The notes: generated by a model not told the origin, from the letters alone. A DNA stretch of 64,000 nucleotides from Minutocellus sp. GHC0000111 (GCA_977018835.1 OZ361256.1:3720001-3784000); one strand, 5' to 3'. Shown: positions 1-12,078, counted from the stretch's first letter. Program-made: numbers and translations.

Positions 1-1219
1 CATACCCACCCTCGCGAAAGAGATATTGGACCATGCTCCGCAAATCAATCTGGTGGGATTGGCCATCGGTGATCCCTGCACGGACAACACGGCCCAGGCC
101 GACAGTATGGACAGCGTGTGGTACTCGGCCAAGTACGGCCTTATCCCCGACGCCGAGTTTGATCTGTTGTGGAATCAATGCAAGCTCCGTCAGCCAAACA
201 TTATGATGCAGGGGGGCAAGTATGCGGTGTGGGAAAGGATCAAGCAGCATGTGCTCGACAATCATTACTTGGACTTGGCACATCCGGATACTAACTTGGC
301 CGACGAAGACGTCAAGGCGATCATTCGCAAGGCCATCCGAAAGGTCGTGCACCATCCCGGCGATGACTTTGTCGGTGGGGGCAAGTGCAACCTCGCCTAC
401 CGCAAATTTTTGATGAGCACCTCGCACGGACTGTCGCAGGGCTGGCCTCAGCTGTACATTGACGATTATTCCTTCTTTGGGCCCGGTGGATTCGATCAGG
501 AGGATGAAGATATGGCGACGTACATGATGCGCGAGGATGTTAGGGAGGCGCTGCATGTGGCCGATGCACCGACGACCACCTGGCCTCACCCTCCTCAGGG
601 ATTTGACTACACTTCCGAGTATGACGCGTGTAATTGGGGAGACATCCCCGAGGGAGCACCGTCGATGATTGACATTATTCGAGAGATTGCGCCAAAATTG
701 GAGATTGTTCAGTATTACAATGGTGATACCGACCCCTGCGTTAGCTGGGAGGGTACTCGAACGGCCATTGAACGTGTTGGATTCAAGGAGATCAAGGGAG
801 GCAGTATGCGTCCTTGGTTCTACAATCATACCGCGGCCAGTATGGAGCTGATTGCCGAGAAATCAGCAATGTTCGGTCCGGATCTTCTCACGGTCCCTAC
901 CGGTGCTCAGTTCGGTGGTGAGTACGTCAACTATGAAAACGGTCTCAGCTTCATGACTGTACACGGAAGTGGGCATATGGTCCCAATGTTTCGCCCGCAG
1001 GCCTCTCTTGCATTCATCGAGAAGGTGCTAAAGAGGGAGCTCTTGTCACCGCTCATGCCGTCCAACCACACTCTTGTTGAGATGACCGATGATGAGTTTG
1101 AAGACACCATCAAGACATGGACTGTCGGTGCTATGGGGCCACCCTATGTTGGTGCTGGTGTTGCGCCCAAGTCTCTCAAGAAGCTCGAGGGTGATTTCGA
1201 CGAGGCGAAGACTGAATAG
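1..1219 (+). CDS. Serine carboxypeptidase (peptidase S10), C-terminal part; 5' end lies outside the window
   Basis: Motifs INLVGLAIGDP, YNGDTDPCV (catalytic Asp) and TVHGSGHMVP (catalytic His); stop TAG at 1217-1219. Confidence 0.9.
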   Translation, partial: IPTLAKEILDHAPQINLVGLAIGDPCTDNTAQADSMDSVWYSAKYGLIPDAEFDLLWNQCKLRQPNIMMQGGKYAVWERIKQHVLDNHYLDLAHPDTNLADEDVKAIIRKAIRKVVHHPGDDFVGGGKCNLAYRKFLMSTSHGLSQGWPQLYIDDYSFFGPGGFDQEDEDMATYMMREDVREALHVADAPTTTWPHPPQGFDYTSEYDACNWGDIPEGAPSMIDIIREIAPKLEIVQYYNGDTDPCVSWEGTRTAIERVGFKEIKGGSMRPWFYNHTAASMELIAEKSAMFGPDLLTVPTGAQFGGEYVNYENGLSFMTVHGSGHMVPMFRPQASLAFIEKVLKRELLSPLMPSNHTLVEMTDDEFEDTIKTWTVGAMGPPYVGAGVAPKSLKKLEGDFDEAKTE

Positions 1220-1269
1220 ATTATGTTCTACGTACTTAGACTTCGTAAGTTATGACTAAAATAGCACAA

Positions 1270-1420
1270 TTACAATTCAATGTTATCAGTGCCGGCAATA
1301 GACTTTAGAGGTTGTAGACTAATCTCAAGCATCGGCAGTCGATCCTTGGCTTCTTGAGCCTCTGTCCGTCTTATCTCCTGGACTATGTTTTGTATTGCCG
1401 ATGCAGATCGACGCCGAAGC
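1270..1420 (-). pseudogene. 3' relic of the local protein-kinase family
   Basis: AIQNIVQEIRRTEAQEAKDR..LKSIAGTDNIEL matches the paralogue end AIQHIVQGMRRAQAQNAEDR..LKSIAGTDNIAL at 3583-3720. Confidence 0.8.
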
Positions 1421-2257
1421 ACTTTTTCCTTTTCAAAAAATATATTCGATCGCCCAGTCGGTGCGGTAGCTTCACAGGCAGGCAGAAGATGTGCCAAAGA
1501 TGCGATCTACGGGATCTTTTGCACTGAATCTCTCAAGCATATGCTAATGGGTCAGTTCACCAAAGAAAGATCCTGTAGTTACTGGTCAAATCAATTGTTC
1601 CAGACACCATCGTAACCCAACGGTGTCCACCACACATTCTGACCACGCGTCATGAAGCGCCGACGAAAGTAGGTGTTTGAGGGACGTCATGCCGAATTTC
1701 GCGCAGCCAAATCGCCCCGACACGGACTACTTATATCTTATACGTGAGTGAAGAGGTTTTCTTGGTCTGCGTGGCCTTTTGAATCGATTGGGGCGGGATC
1801 CATCTCATTGGGGCCTACAATCGCCGTCTTGCGGGGGGTGGTAAGTGAAATGGCGAAACATGTGCCGAAAATGTGCGATCCATGATACGTTTACACCGAA
1901 ACCCTCCCTTACATATATCTCAAGCGCGTTATATAAACCGTGTTTTGGTCAGCGGTCAGTTCGGAAGAGCATACGATAAGCATCGCCAGGCGATCACCAT
2001 TTATGTTCAGAGTCAGTTTTATCGCGTGAGATGATGTTCTTCCCCTGTATGTAATCCCCCCCTTTTCCTCCGAAATCAAAGTACACGTTGCCAGATGACC
2101 CCGCAGTGAAACTGTGCGTGCGTGTCGCTTCTTTCGGGGGTGTCAAGAAGTCAGGTGATCTTGCAGATCGAGGCGAAAGATATTCTCACTATCGTAGCTT
2201 TCCTGATACTTTTTCTCTGAGCTTTTGTAATCTTCACGTTTCTTTTCCTTCGCTGGC

Positions 2258-3256
2258 ATGCCGTCCGAAGAAGATGAAAGGTCCGATCATTCTCCGGGGT
2301 CGCATTCCGAGAATTCAAAATCATCATCTGATGAGGGAAAAGACGCAGAAGACAGCAGTCCGACGAGCAAGAAGATTCGATTTCTCGATCCCGATGTCAC
2401 TGTTGTCGTCGGATCTGAAGGAAACGCAACAACATACAAAGCATATGGCGCCATCCTCGCATTCAACAGCGAATACTGCGACACTATGCTAAGTTCGGGA
2501 TTGAAAGAAAGCAGCGAAATGAAGATTGAATTCCCAGAAGACGACCCAAAAGAGTGGGAGCTTTTGTACCCTTTTCTCGATCCAGAGACTGCTCGTGATC
2601 AAGCCATCAGCGCAGACGACGCGCGCAAGCTTGCACCTTGGTTCCACAAGTTGATGATGACTAATCGTCTGAAGGAGAGTGACGATGTTCTAAAGGAGGA
2701 ACTCCCTGCAAACAGCGATGGAAGATGGTGGGGATCTCGTGATGAAAAGTCCCGAAAGGAAAAATTGGACAAGATTCTTCCTCTCTATTGCTTAAGTTGC
2801 AAATATGGCCTCGAGAAGACGAAGGAGAGTTGTCGAGACAACGTGTGCAATGCTATTGAGTCTGGTTATGACCTCATTGATGTCTCGATCCTCAAACAGA
2901 TACTCCCTCTTCTCGAAAAAGAAAACGGTCAGTACAAGCCCCGTAGGCTCTGGAAGGCTCTAAACTCATTTCTCGCTCCGAACCTCAGTCTCATGGGACC
3001 TTCTCCCAGTATTTCAAAAGATTAACCTTATCTCCCAAATTTAATTCAACTTGGAATGGAAAATCGCCTCCTCAAAAAAGAGATCAAATATGTATGGCAT
3101 GTTCTTCCAGTAACAGTTTATGATGCACTGCCAGACAAAAAGTCCCTACGCAATACTTGGCTCAACATTGATGAAAATGCAGAAACTGAAATAAAAAAAG
3201 CTCTTCGAAACCGCTGGAGGAATGTGGACGTAGTTCATCTTCCCGAGGACTACTAG
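2258..3256 (+). pseudogene. BTB/POZ-domain protein with an internal in-frame TAA (3023-3025)
   Basis: PDVTVVVG..YGAILAFNSEYCDTMLSSGLKES..IEFPEDDPKEW is BTB-like; the same frame continues after the TAA (PYLPNLIQLGMENRLL) to 3256. Confidence 0.75.
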
Positions 3257-3582
3257 TGAGTAGTGTAGTGTCAATTTCAAGAACTCGCGTGTGCAGCTTT
3301 ACTTTTTGACATGTTTCTGTGTTATTTTGTTGTATTACATTGTATCGTTAATGACACACAATGGTAAGCAATGAACCCTCACTCTTCTACATGTAAGAAA
3401 ACAAGTTATCACTACGTCGTTTCGATTCTGGCCGGCTGTCAATCTTTAGACGCTAGGGCTAAATCCAGCTCGATTAACCGGCGAGGCGCATAAAGGAGCT
3501 TACACTCTGTAAGGGTAGGGTTACATGTAGAATTTCTCTACACACATGTAATAACACGGATGCTTATGTAGATCTTCCAGAA

Positions 3583-5004
3583 CTATAGCGCAATGTTATC
3601 AGTACCAGCAATGGACTTTAAAGCCTCCACCAGGTACTTGGCAATCTCGCGCGCCGGCGGTCGATCCTCGGCATTCTGCGCCTGCGCTCGTCGCATCCCC
3701 TGGACGATGTGCTGTATTGCCGGATCCTTGCTATGTTCCACCTCCTCGCTCAGCGGCGGCCTCTCGCCCTTCTTCACAAGTTTCTGTGCTTTTTTGGTTT
3801 TGAACCCATCGAAATATTTGAACCCCATTAGCATGTAATAGTAGACGTTCCCCATGCTGTATGTGTCCAGCACTGGAGTGAGATCCCCATTTCGATACTC
3901 CTCTGGACTTCGACCCTTGCCCGGGTTGCCGCCGATGTGAAATACGCATTAATTACCATTGTCATCTTCCTTGAGAAATCTGCATCTATTGAAATCTGAC
4001 AGCTGATATCTCCCATCAAGCAAAAGGAATTGTTTTGGCGCAATGTCGGTGTGGGAAATGCCAGCGTCATGTACATCTGCAATAGCCTCGGCAACCTGAA
4101 CCGCGATTGCCAGTTTCTGGACCGATGTATAATTCTTGTAATGATCGCCTTCTATCAACACATGCTGCTCCAAGTCTCCATCAGGACTGACATCGACAAT
4201 CTGTGCATTGGCACATGACGCATAAATGTTGGGAATGTGCTTGGAATTGGTCAATCGTCCCATGGCCACGGCATCGCGCCGATGACTTTCCAGTCTGGAC
4301 TCGTCGTCAAATTCATGATCATACTCAAATCTCAGCTCCTTCATGACCATCTTGCTTCCATCGAACAGTTGCGAATAGGAAAACACATCCCGATAATGCC
4401 CATTGTTGATCAACGTAAAGTCTTCGTCGAATTGCATGTTGATTTCATGAAGAGCCGAGCACGTAGGATACGAGGCCAGTTGCCATTCGTGGCGATACTT
4501 GCACGTATCTCCTCGGCCGTAGTTGTCATCACCGCTTGACTTTTCATGTTCGTTGTATTTTCGTCGCCATTTCCATGTTTGTGTGTCTTGTATCGGCCTT
4601 GCATCTTTGTGGGTAACTAATCGTCCTCTGTTGAAATAATCCATGAAAAATACAACCTTGGGTCTAAGAATCGCCGGCACTGGTCGAGATGTGAACGGAC
4701 TGCCGGCATTGTCTCCATGTGCTATCGAAACGAGAGAATGCATTGAATATACCAGTGTACCGAGAACAACAACGTAAAACGCATGCACTGCCGCTCGTAT
4801 TCTGGCCTTCCGAACCGATGAGGAAGTATTTGGACGGTGCGCGTTGGGAGGAGCCGATCGTGGTAAATGTACGTGCCGGATTTTGTTATCAAAGATACCG
4901 GCTCGATCGTCGCCACTTTGCGAGATGGCACCGTGCCGACCTCGACTATGCAGGCCGCCGCTGGCACCGCCAGTGTTGGCGGTGGATTGAGATTTCATCG
5001 CCAT
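3583..5004 (-). pseudogene. Membrane-anchored/secreted-type protein kinase (PKDCC/VLK-like) with an internal in-frame TAA (3949-3951)
   Basis: N-terminal TM, YPTCSALHE, NGHYRDVF, VMKEL, HTDIAPKQFL and SDFNRC; then *CVFHIGGNPGKGRSPEEY..DTYSMGN in frame. The paralogue has Gln at the stop position. Confidence 0.85.
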
Positions 5005-5028
5005 TGATGTAATGTGTCTGCATAGCAG

Positions 5029-5838
5029 TCAACAGCGCTGGTTGCTTTTCCAATGCAATTTCTGGCAGTTTCGGGAGCAGTACACAGCAGACCTACATCG
5101 AGTGCAGAGACTGTGGTCACCAAACTCCTCTTCCACCGCATCGCAATAATTGCAGCACATCCTCTTGGTTCCCATCAGTTTTTTCAAGCCCTTATTCATC
5201 TCAATCCACAGATCTTCGTCCGACATTGCCCGAATATCCTCCACGGAGAAGTCAGGAGTGAGCTTGGCCCGATTGTCCACCTTATCACCCAAAAATTCCG
5301 TCCCCGGATTGGCCGCCTCGTAGTAAACAGAAATCCGGAACAAGGGAACGGCCTTGTCACGCTCCCGCCGATGCAAGTACGACATCAGGGTCTGTTCGGC
5401 ACACCTGTACACGTGCTCCTCTGTCTTTTCCTTCCGTTGGCGACCCCCGTGCTTTTCCGTGATGAGCTGCAATCTCTGGAGGAACTTATCGGCCAGCGCC
5501 ATGGTTGGCACGAACTTGTACATGGGTCCGTTCATGCGCTGCATAAACGCAAGGCAGTACAGTATGCCCGACGCGGCCTCGGCGTGGGTGTACGTTACCT
5601 CCATGTCGCCCATGCCCGGGTCCAGGATGACATCGAACCACAAGTCCTGGTGGGCCATGGCATCGTCACAGAACTCCTGGTATATGGGCTGCTTGTAGGT
5701 GGCAGCCGTGTCGTGATTTCCTCGGGCCGAAAGCTTGCAGAAGGTGGTGTAGGCCCTCTTGAGCTGCTCGAGGCGCCCGGGCATGGCCATCATCAGTGGC
5801 ATTGCCTCTGCTTGGCTGAGTTGACTAATGAAGGACAT
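5029..5838 (-). CDS. MYND-type zinc-finger protein
   Basis: C-terminal CNYC..CTRCRSAVYCSRNCQKLHWK; likely ATG at 5838 (MSFISQ); the last MYND ligands look truncated. Confidence 0.8.
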   Translation of the reverse strand: MSFISQLSQAEAMPLMMAMPGRLEQLKRAYTTFCKLSARGNHDTAATYKQPIYQEFCDDAMAHQDLWFDVILDPGMGDMEVTYTHAEAASGILYCLAFMQRMNGPMYKFVPTMALADKFLQRLQLITEKHGGRQRKEKTEEHVYRCAEQTLMSYLHRRERDKAVPLFRISVYYEAANPGTEFLGDKVDNRAKLTPDFSVEDIRAMSDEDLWIEMNKGLKKLMGTKRMCCNYCDAVEEEFGDHSLCTRCRSAVYCSRNCQKLHWKSNQRC

Positions 5839-6111
5839 TATACGTAGTGATGCATAAATTTCGGCAGAATTGGGAAGACAAGCAATGGCATTCCAATTGC
5901 GGTGCAGGGAAAGCAAAGCAAAGCAACGAGGCGGCAGCGAGGCAGCGAGGATGAAGAATGAAAGGCCACACAGGCACCATAGCTGCCAAGCGAATTTCGT
6001 GGTGATGTAGAGGGGCAAAAGCCGGGGAGATTTTGTGGGGGCCGGGAGGTCAGCATGATGGCGGCATGTTTCTTTATCAGCAGCATCGTTGTTAGCTCTA
6101 AAGCTCTACTT

Positions 6112-6626
6112 TTACATGTACAACTTCACAATGTCATTTCCTGCAACCGATCTCAATGCTTCGGCCAAGAACCCAGCAATTTCGCGAGCCGATGGCCGTT
6201 CATCCGGCTCCGGTGCTTGAGACAGTCGCATCCCCGTCGCAACGATGTGATGTGGTCGGTCGTCAATTGCCGGATCTTGGGACTGTTTGATCTCCTGACT
6301 CAAATGTGGCCTTCCACCCTTTTCGACTATGAATTGCGCACTCTTGGCTTTGTACCCATCGAAGTATTTGAAGCCCATTAGAATGTAGTAAAATAAATTC
6401 CCCATGCTGTGCACGTCGTCGTCAATCAATCTTTTGGAGAGAGAGAGAGACTCTCAATCAAAGCATCGTTGCGATGATGCTCTTCTGGACTTCTCCCTTT
6501 TCCCGAATTTTTGTCGACATGAAACAAGCATTGCTTCCCATCATCGTCCTCTTTTAAAAGCTGGCACCGATTAAAGTCTGTCAGACGATGCCTTCCATCA
6601 AACAACAAGAACTGATTGGGTTTAAT
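6112..6626 (-). pseudogene. Kinase paralogue 2, C-terminal half (left of the LTR insertion)
   Basis: IKPNQFLLFDGRHRLTDFNRC..GKGRSPEE..DVHSMGNLFYYILMGFKYFDG..ALRSVAGNDIVKL is homologous to 3583-4040; frameshifted. Confidence 0.9.
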
Positions 6627-6822
6627 TGTTGACACCGTGGGATGCGTACGTACGTGTACATACGTACGGTACGTACGGTGATCAGACCACTGACTCAGTG
6701 CCCTCTCCTGACCGTTGATCCATGGGCCAACGACATCTCCGATGGCCCATTTTTCATCTACGTAGGTCCTATTAACCTCTACTAGCTATATCTATCTAGC
6801 TTAGCTTTAGGACCTCTTAGCA
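6627..6822 (+). repeat. 5' LTR (196 bp)
   Basis: TGTTGA...CTCTTAGCA; near-identical to 12127-12318. Confidence 0.97.
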
Positions 6823-7121
6823 GACCTACGTGATACATCTTTTCCACCCGTGCTCGCCCCATTTCGGTTCGCACCTACCTCACCGGTTTGTCTTGGGTTC
6901 TCACTCGTCACGCGCAAGAAAAACCGACACATCTTCAATCGGCCAAAACGACCGTTTCTTTCGACAATATTGGAACGACGATCCAATCCCTTCCCCGAAA
7001 GTCCTGACCAGATCGACCCATCCAATCGATCACACTTCTCTGGATCGAACCTTCTGTCAATCACACGTCTCGCAGCAGCAACACCGCCGTGCTGCCTGTC
7101 TTCGCTGACTGAAACACCAGC

Positions 7122-8394
7122 ATGAATCCCGACGCAGTTTTTGGCCAACCTCTCGGCGCAGCGCCGATTCTCCCCACCAAGTTAATCACACGTATGAATG
7201 ACCCAGGACAGCCTCCCCAACGCGAGCGTGTTGTTGCCAAAGCGCTCAAGGAAAGAACTTCAACAAGCGGCGGCCAGCATTCCAGCAGGGTGCAATGACC
7301 ATGACCTCGGCCATTTGGGCCTCGTCGTCAGCGATGCCGAATACACCACCAAAAGTAACGGCCGACCACATGTGCCTCCGGCAAATCCTGGCCCCAGCCC
7401 CACCATTCCCGCCGTGGCCAATCTAGACCAACGCGATCGTGCAATCCGGGGATGTTGCATCGAAAAGGGCCACTACAACTTGTACGAGCAAGTCAACACG
7501 GCGCTCAAGAATCTCCTCCTCGACTCGATCGACGCCGTCTACATCAATCATCTCGAAGATGACATGCTCGGTTTCCAGCCAGTCACCATCCGCCAAATCA
7601 TCAACAGCATTACCGATCGCTACTTGAAATTCAACGAGACTCAGAAGGAGGAATTAGAGAAGCAGCTCGAGAAGCAGTGCGACGGGGGACCCATCGACAC
7701 CCACATCGCCATGTTCAACAAAGTCTTCAAGGCGTTTGAAACGGCCGGCGAACCCTTCACCAACAAGCAAAAGGTCTCCAAGTTCTACCGCTCCGTGCGC
7801 AGGAAGGCATGCGAGGACTGGGACGACAGACCGGAGGCCGAACGCACGTGGGCCAACATGCAGTCGGACTTCCGCGATTGGTATGATAAGAAGATGGCCA
7901 ATACCACCACCGAAGCGGCAGGATATCATGGCGCGAATTTGGCCACATCGGCCTCGGACGATCCATTTCTTTCTCGAGCCGATCTCCTTTTGGCTGATAC
8001 CACCGAAGCCCTCAAGACCAACCAAGCCATGATGGCGAACCTCGCCAAAAAGAGCAACGAGAAGGATGATACCATTGCCAAACTTCGCCAAGAAATAGCT
8101 TCACTCAAGGCCGAGAACCGCGTTCTGCTTGAGGGACGCAACCATACTGGTGGCAGTGGAGGCTACCGCGGCGGTGGCCAGCAGAACGGCGCCGGCCACT
8201 TCCCAGGCCAAGGTCCTAACCTCAACCGCCAGGAGAAGCGGGAACTGCAGTCGATCCTCCCCAGAGGCCATTATTGCCACACGTGCGGCTATTCGTCCAA
8301 CCACCCCAGCTTTGAATGCACTTGCAAAGGGCCCAACCACGTTGATAACGCCACCAAGTACAATCCTTGCGGTGGTAGCTCGCGTCGTAACTGA
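7122..8394 (+). CDS. gag: Copia gag (5' part frameshifted)
   Basis: GHLGLVV..PANPG, a coiled coil and the C-terminal zinc knuckle YCHTCGYSSNHPSFEC..GPNHVDNATKYNPCGGS; ATG at 7122 is out of frame with the main ORF 7198-8394. Confidence 0.8.
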
Positions 8395-11300
8395 GCGGGA
8401 GGGACGGTGGATGTTAATCAGCATAAAATAGAGGACAGCATATCTGAATCCACCTCCTCCCCGCCTTCGTTAGCTTTTCTTACGTCAAAAAGCAAACCTC
8501 CAACTCAAGAGCCAATCGTCCTCGCAGCAGATACTGGAACGACGGGACATTTTGTCCAGAAGCCCCAATACCTATCGTGCGATGGCCCTATTTTCAACGT
8601 CCAACAGACAGCAATTCCTATCAGCGTCACCCTTCCGGATAATAGCACAATGACGAACACCCACGAGGCCACGCTTCGCCTCCCTGGGGTTTCCCCATCG
8701 GCTAGCAAGGCCTATATTTTCAATAATATGGCATCATCGCTCCTATCGATTGGGCAGCTGTGTGACGATGGATGCATTGCCACTTTCGATAAGGATTCGG
8801 TAGTCATCGCCAAGGACAATACCGTCATTTTGCAAGGTAAACGAGACCCCTCAACGAAATTGTGGATGGTAGATCTTAATTGCTCGCCCACCATGTCGCC
8901 GCTCCCCGGCCCCAACGTCATCCAATATGCTGCCAACGCCGCAATTGCCCAGGAGACGGTTCCGGAACGTGTAGCCTTTTTACATTGGTGCGCTGGCAGT
9001 CCTCAGCTATCTACCAGGTGCAAAGCAATCGATGCGGGATTTTATAGATCTTGGCCAGGCCTCACATCAAAGCTTGTACGTAAGCACATGCCACAGTTGA
9101 TACCGATGATTAAAGGTCACTTAGACCAGCAGCGCAAGAACATCAGGTCGACCAAGCCCAAACGGTCGATGGCTACGCCAAAATCTCTCCCTGGGGTGGA
9201 CGAAACCGAGCAGGATCTCCACCCGGCACAACACCAACAGCGCACCAACTATGTCTTTGCTGATTGTCATGACATAACGGGCCAGATCTTCTCAGATCAG
9301 CCCGGCCGTTTCTTGGTATCGTCTATTTCTGGCCACCAGCACATAATGGTCGTCTATGACTATGACTCCAACAGCATCTTGGCCGAACCAATGAAAAGCC
9401 GATCGGGAACGGAAATGCGCCGAGCGTACCAAACTATTTTCGAATACCTCTCCAAGCGAGGATTTCGCCCAAAATTGCAACGATTGGATAATGAAGTGAG
9501 TCGAGAGCTGAAGGAGTTCATGGAAGAAAAGGATGTAGATTTTCAATTGACCCCAACGCACTCCCACCGCCGAAATGCGGCCGAACGAGCCATTCGAACC
9601 TTTAAGAATCATTTCATTGCGATTCTCTGTGGTACCGATCCCGACTTTCCCCTCATCTTGTGGGATAAATTGCTGGAGCAGGCGGTAATGACCCTCAATT
9701 TCCTGAGAGCATCCCGAGTCAACCCTCGACTATCAGCGTACGAGCAACTCAATGGCGGCTTTGATTTCAATCGCACGCCTCTCGGCCCCCTCGGATGCAA
9801 GGTCATCTTTCACGAGATGCCCTCGGCACGCGGCTCTTGGTCCCCGCATGGCGTTGATGGGTGCTATGTCGGTCCAGCCATGGAACACTACCGGTGTTAC
9901 AAGGTTTGGATTGAGGAAACTCGGGCGGAACGCACTGGTAACACACTCGTCTGGCTCCCCAAAATGATACCGGTACCCAAAACGTCGTCGGCCGATGCAG
10001 CAATAGTCGCAGCTCATGAACTCCTGCACGCTCTACAGAATCCACATCCAGCGGCACCCCTTGCTCCCCTTCGAGACGAGCATCGTCAGGCTTTAGAAAA
10101 GCTCTCCGAGATTTTCAACAGCGTGACCCCAGCAGAATCTGCCACCTCCGCCTCTGATGAGACGATGCAGACAACCGCAGCTCCGAGGGAGCTGGAGAAC
10201 GATGACGACTCCCAACGATTCCGCCTCGGTACCATCGTCGCCAAAGTGTTTGGAGATCGCAATTACAAGGGTAGAGTCGTTGCATTTGACAAGAAGTATA
10301 AGTACTACAAAATCAAATACGAGGACAACGACGTAGAAGAGATGAACGAGACTGAAGTAGGCCGTCACCTTGTCTCCAACCCCAACGCTCCGTTACCTCA
10401 GCCCCAGCAACCTCCGAGGGTGGCAAAATCCTCCACATATGATGCAGCCACCACTAAAAGCCGTCGATCACGTCGATCCAACGCGCCACCTCGCTCGTCA
10501 GTTTCTTCCAACTACTACAATCCTTTGGCTGCAGTAGACGAGCCCAACGGCGACGATGATGATAATCATGACGACGATGCAACCGTCGTAACATCCAATC
10601 AAAGTTCCAATGCCCCCACCTCCCGTCGGCAACGTAAACGCAAGTCTCCAACGATCGATACCACTCCAACATTACCAGCTCCAGCAAAATCGACAAGCAA
10701 GTCCAAACCATCGACCGCCAAACCACCTCGACGACGATCATACCGTCAGCGAGGGTGCATTCCACATCGGAACCCTCCCCCACGGCCATCATCTCGTCGT
10801 AGTACCCACCACGTGGCCAACATGGCAGCTTTCTCGCCTTTACCAAACCTCCAACACTTTGCTAACGCCGTCGTCCATCCCGACACTGGTGCAATGCTTG
10901 AACACCGCGACCTCCTCAAAACGAACATGAGGGACCAATTCATTCAAGCAAACATCGATGAAATTGGACGGCTAACGGACGGCCGAGTTGGAAACAGTGC
11001 TAGCATTCCCTCCAATACAATGGCTTTCGTCCACTGGTCCGAACTGCCTCGGGGGAAAAAAGCCACATGCCTCCGCATTGTCGCCGACTATCGCTCCCAT
11101 AAACCAAATCCCAATCGAGTTCGATGGACTGCAGGAGGCGACAAAATTCATTACCCTGGTGCAGTCTCGACCCCGACCGCTGAAATGTTGACTGCAAAGT
11201 TACTTTTCAACAGCGTCATCTCTACAGACAACGCTCGTTTCATGGGAATTGATATCAGTGACTTCTATCTCAATAGCACCATGCCAGAGCCAGAATGGAT

Positions 11301-12078
11301 GTGGGCGCCAGTAGCTCTCATCCCCGACGAAGTCATGGAAGCCTGCGACCTCCACGACAAAGTAAAGAATGGTCGAGTCGAGCATTGGTCAGAATCGATG
11401 GCGGAATGTATGGATTGCCCCAGGCAGGGCGCCTAGCCTACGATCAACTTGTCAAGCATCTCAAACCCCATGGCTATTTCCCTTGCAAGCGTACTGCCGG
11501 CCTTTGGAGGCACAAAACCCGCCAAATTACCTTTTGCCTAACCAACCGTTGACGATTTTGGAGCAAAGTGTGTCGGGAAAGAGCATGCAGACCATCTCAT
11601 TCAGGCCCTCAACTCCAAGTATAAGATCACTACCGATTGGGAAGGCCGACTTTATTGTGGTATTCAACTCGAGTGGAACTACGAGGCCAAATGGGTGGAT
11701 CTATCTATGCTTAACTACGTCAAGGAGATGCGCCACAAGTTCCAACACGACCGGCCCGAGCATGCGCCATGTCGATGGAATCGTCCGACGCATGGCCCGG
11801 GACCCCAGCTGCCAGAACCGGAAGACGACTCACCACCACTCGACGCCAAAGGCATCAACGAAATTCAACAGGTGGTGGGCAGCTCCTTGCACTATGGTCG
11901 AGCAATTGATTCAACAATTTTACCGGCGGCGCTCAATGGCATCTCAGCGGAACAATCCAAAGCTACCGAGCGCACTCGACAAGATGCCAAGAAGCTTCTA
12001 GATTATTTTACAAAGCACCATCCCGCCCGCTACCATGTCGACATGCGACCAGTCTACTTACATGTAGATTCCAATTAG
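8395..12078 (+). pseudogene. pol: Copia pol: protease, integrase, Tudor-like domain, RT; RNase H mostly deleted
   Basis: ADTGTTGHF (protease); FSDQPGRF, RLDNE, RNAAERAIRTFKNHF (integrase); DISDFYL, MYGLPQAG, VDDFG (RT); frameshifts at ~11375 and ~11543. Confidence 0.93.

Noticed and set aside
1620..3560. Helitron or other element carrying the BTB gene
   Set aside because: No convincing termini, hairpin, TIR or TSD could be identified by eye
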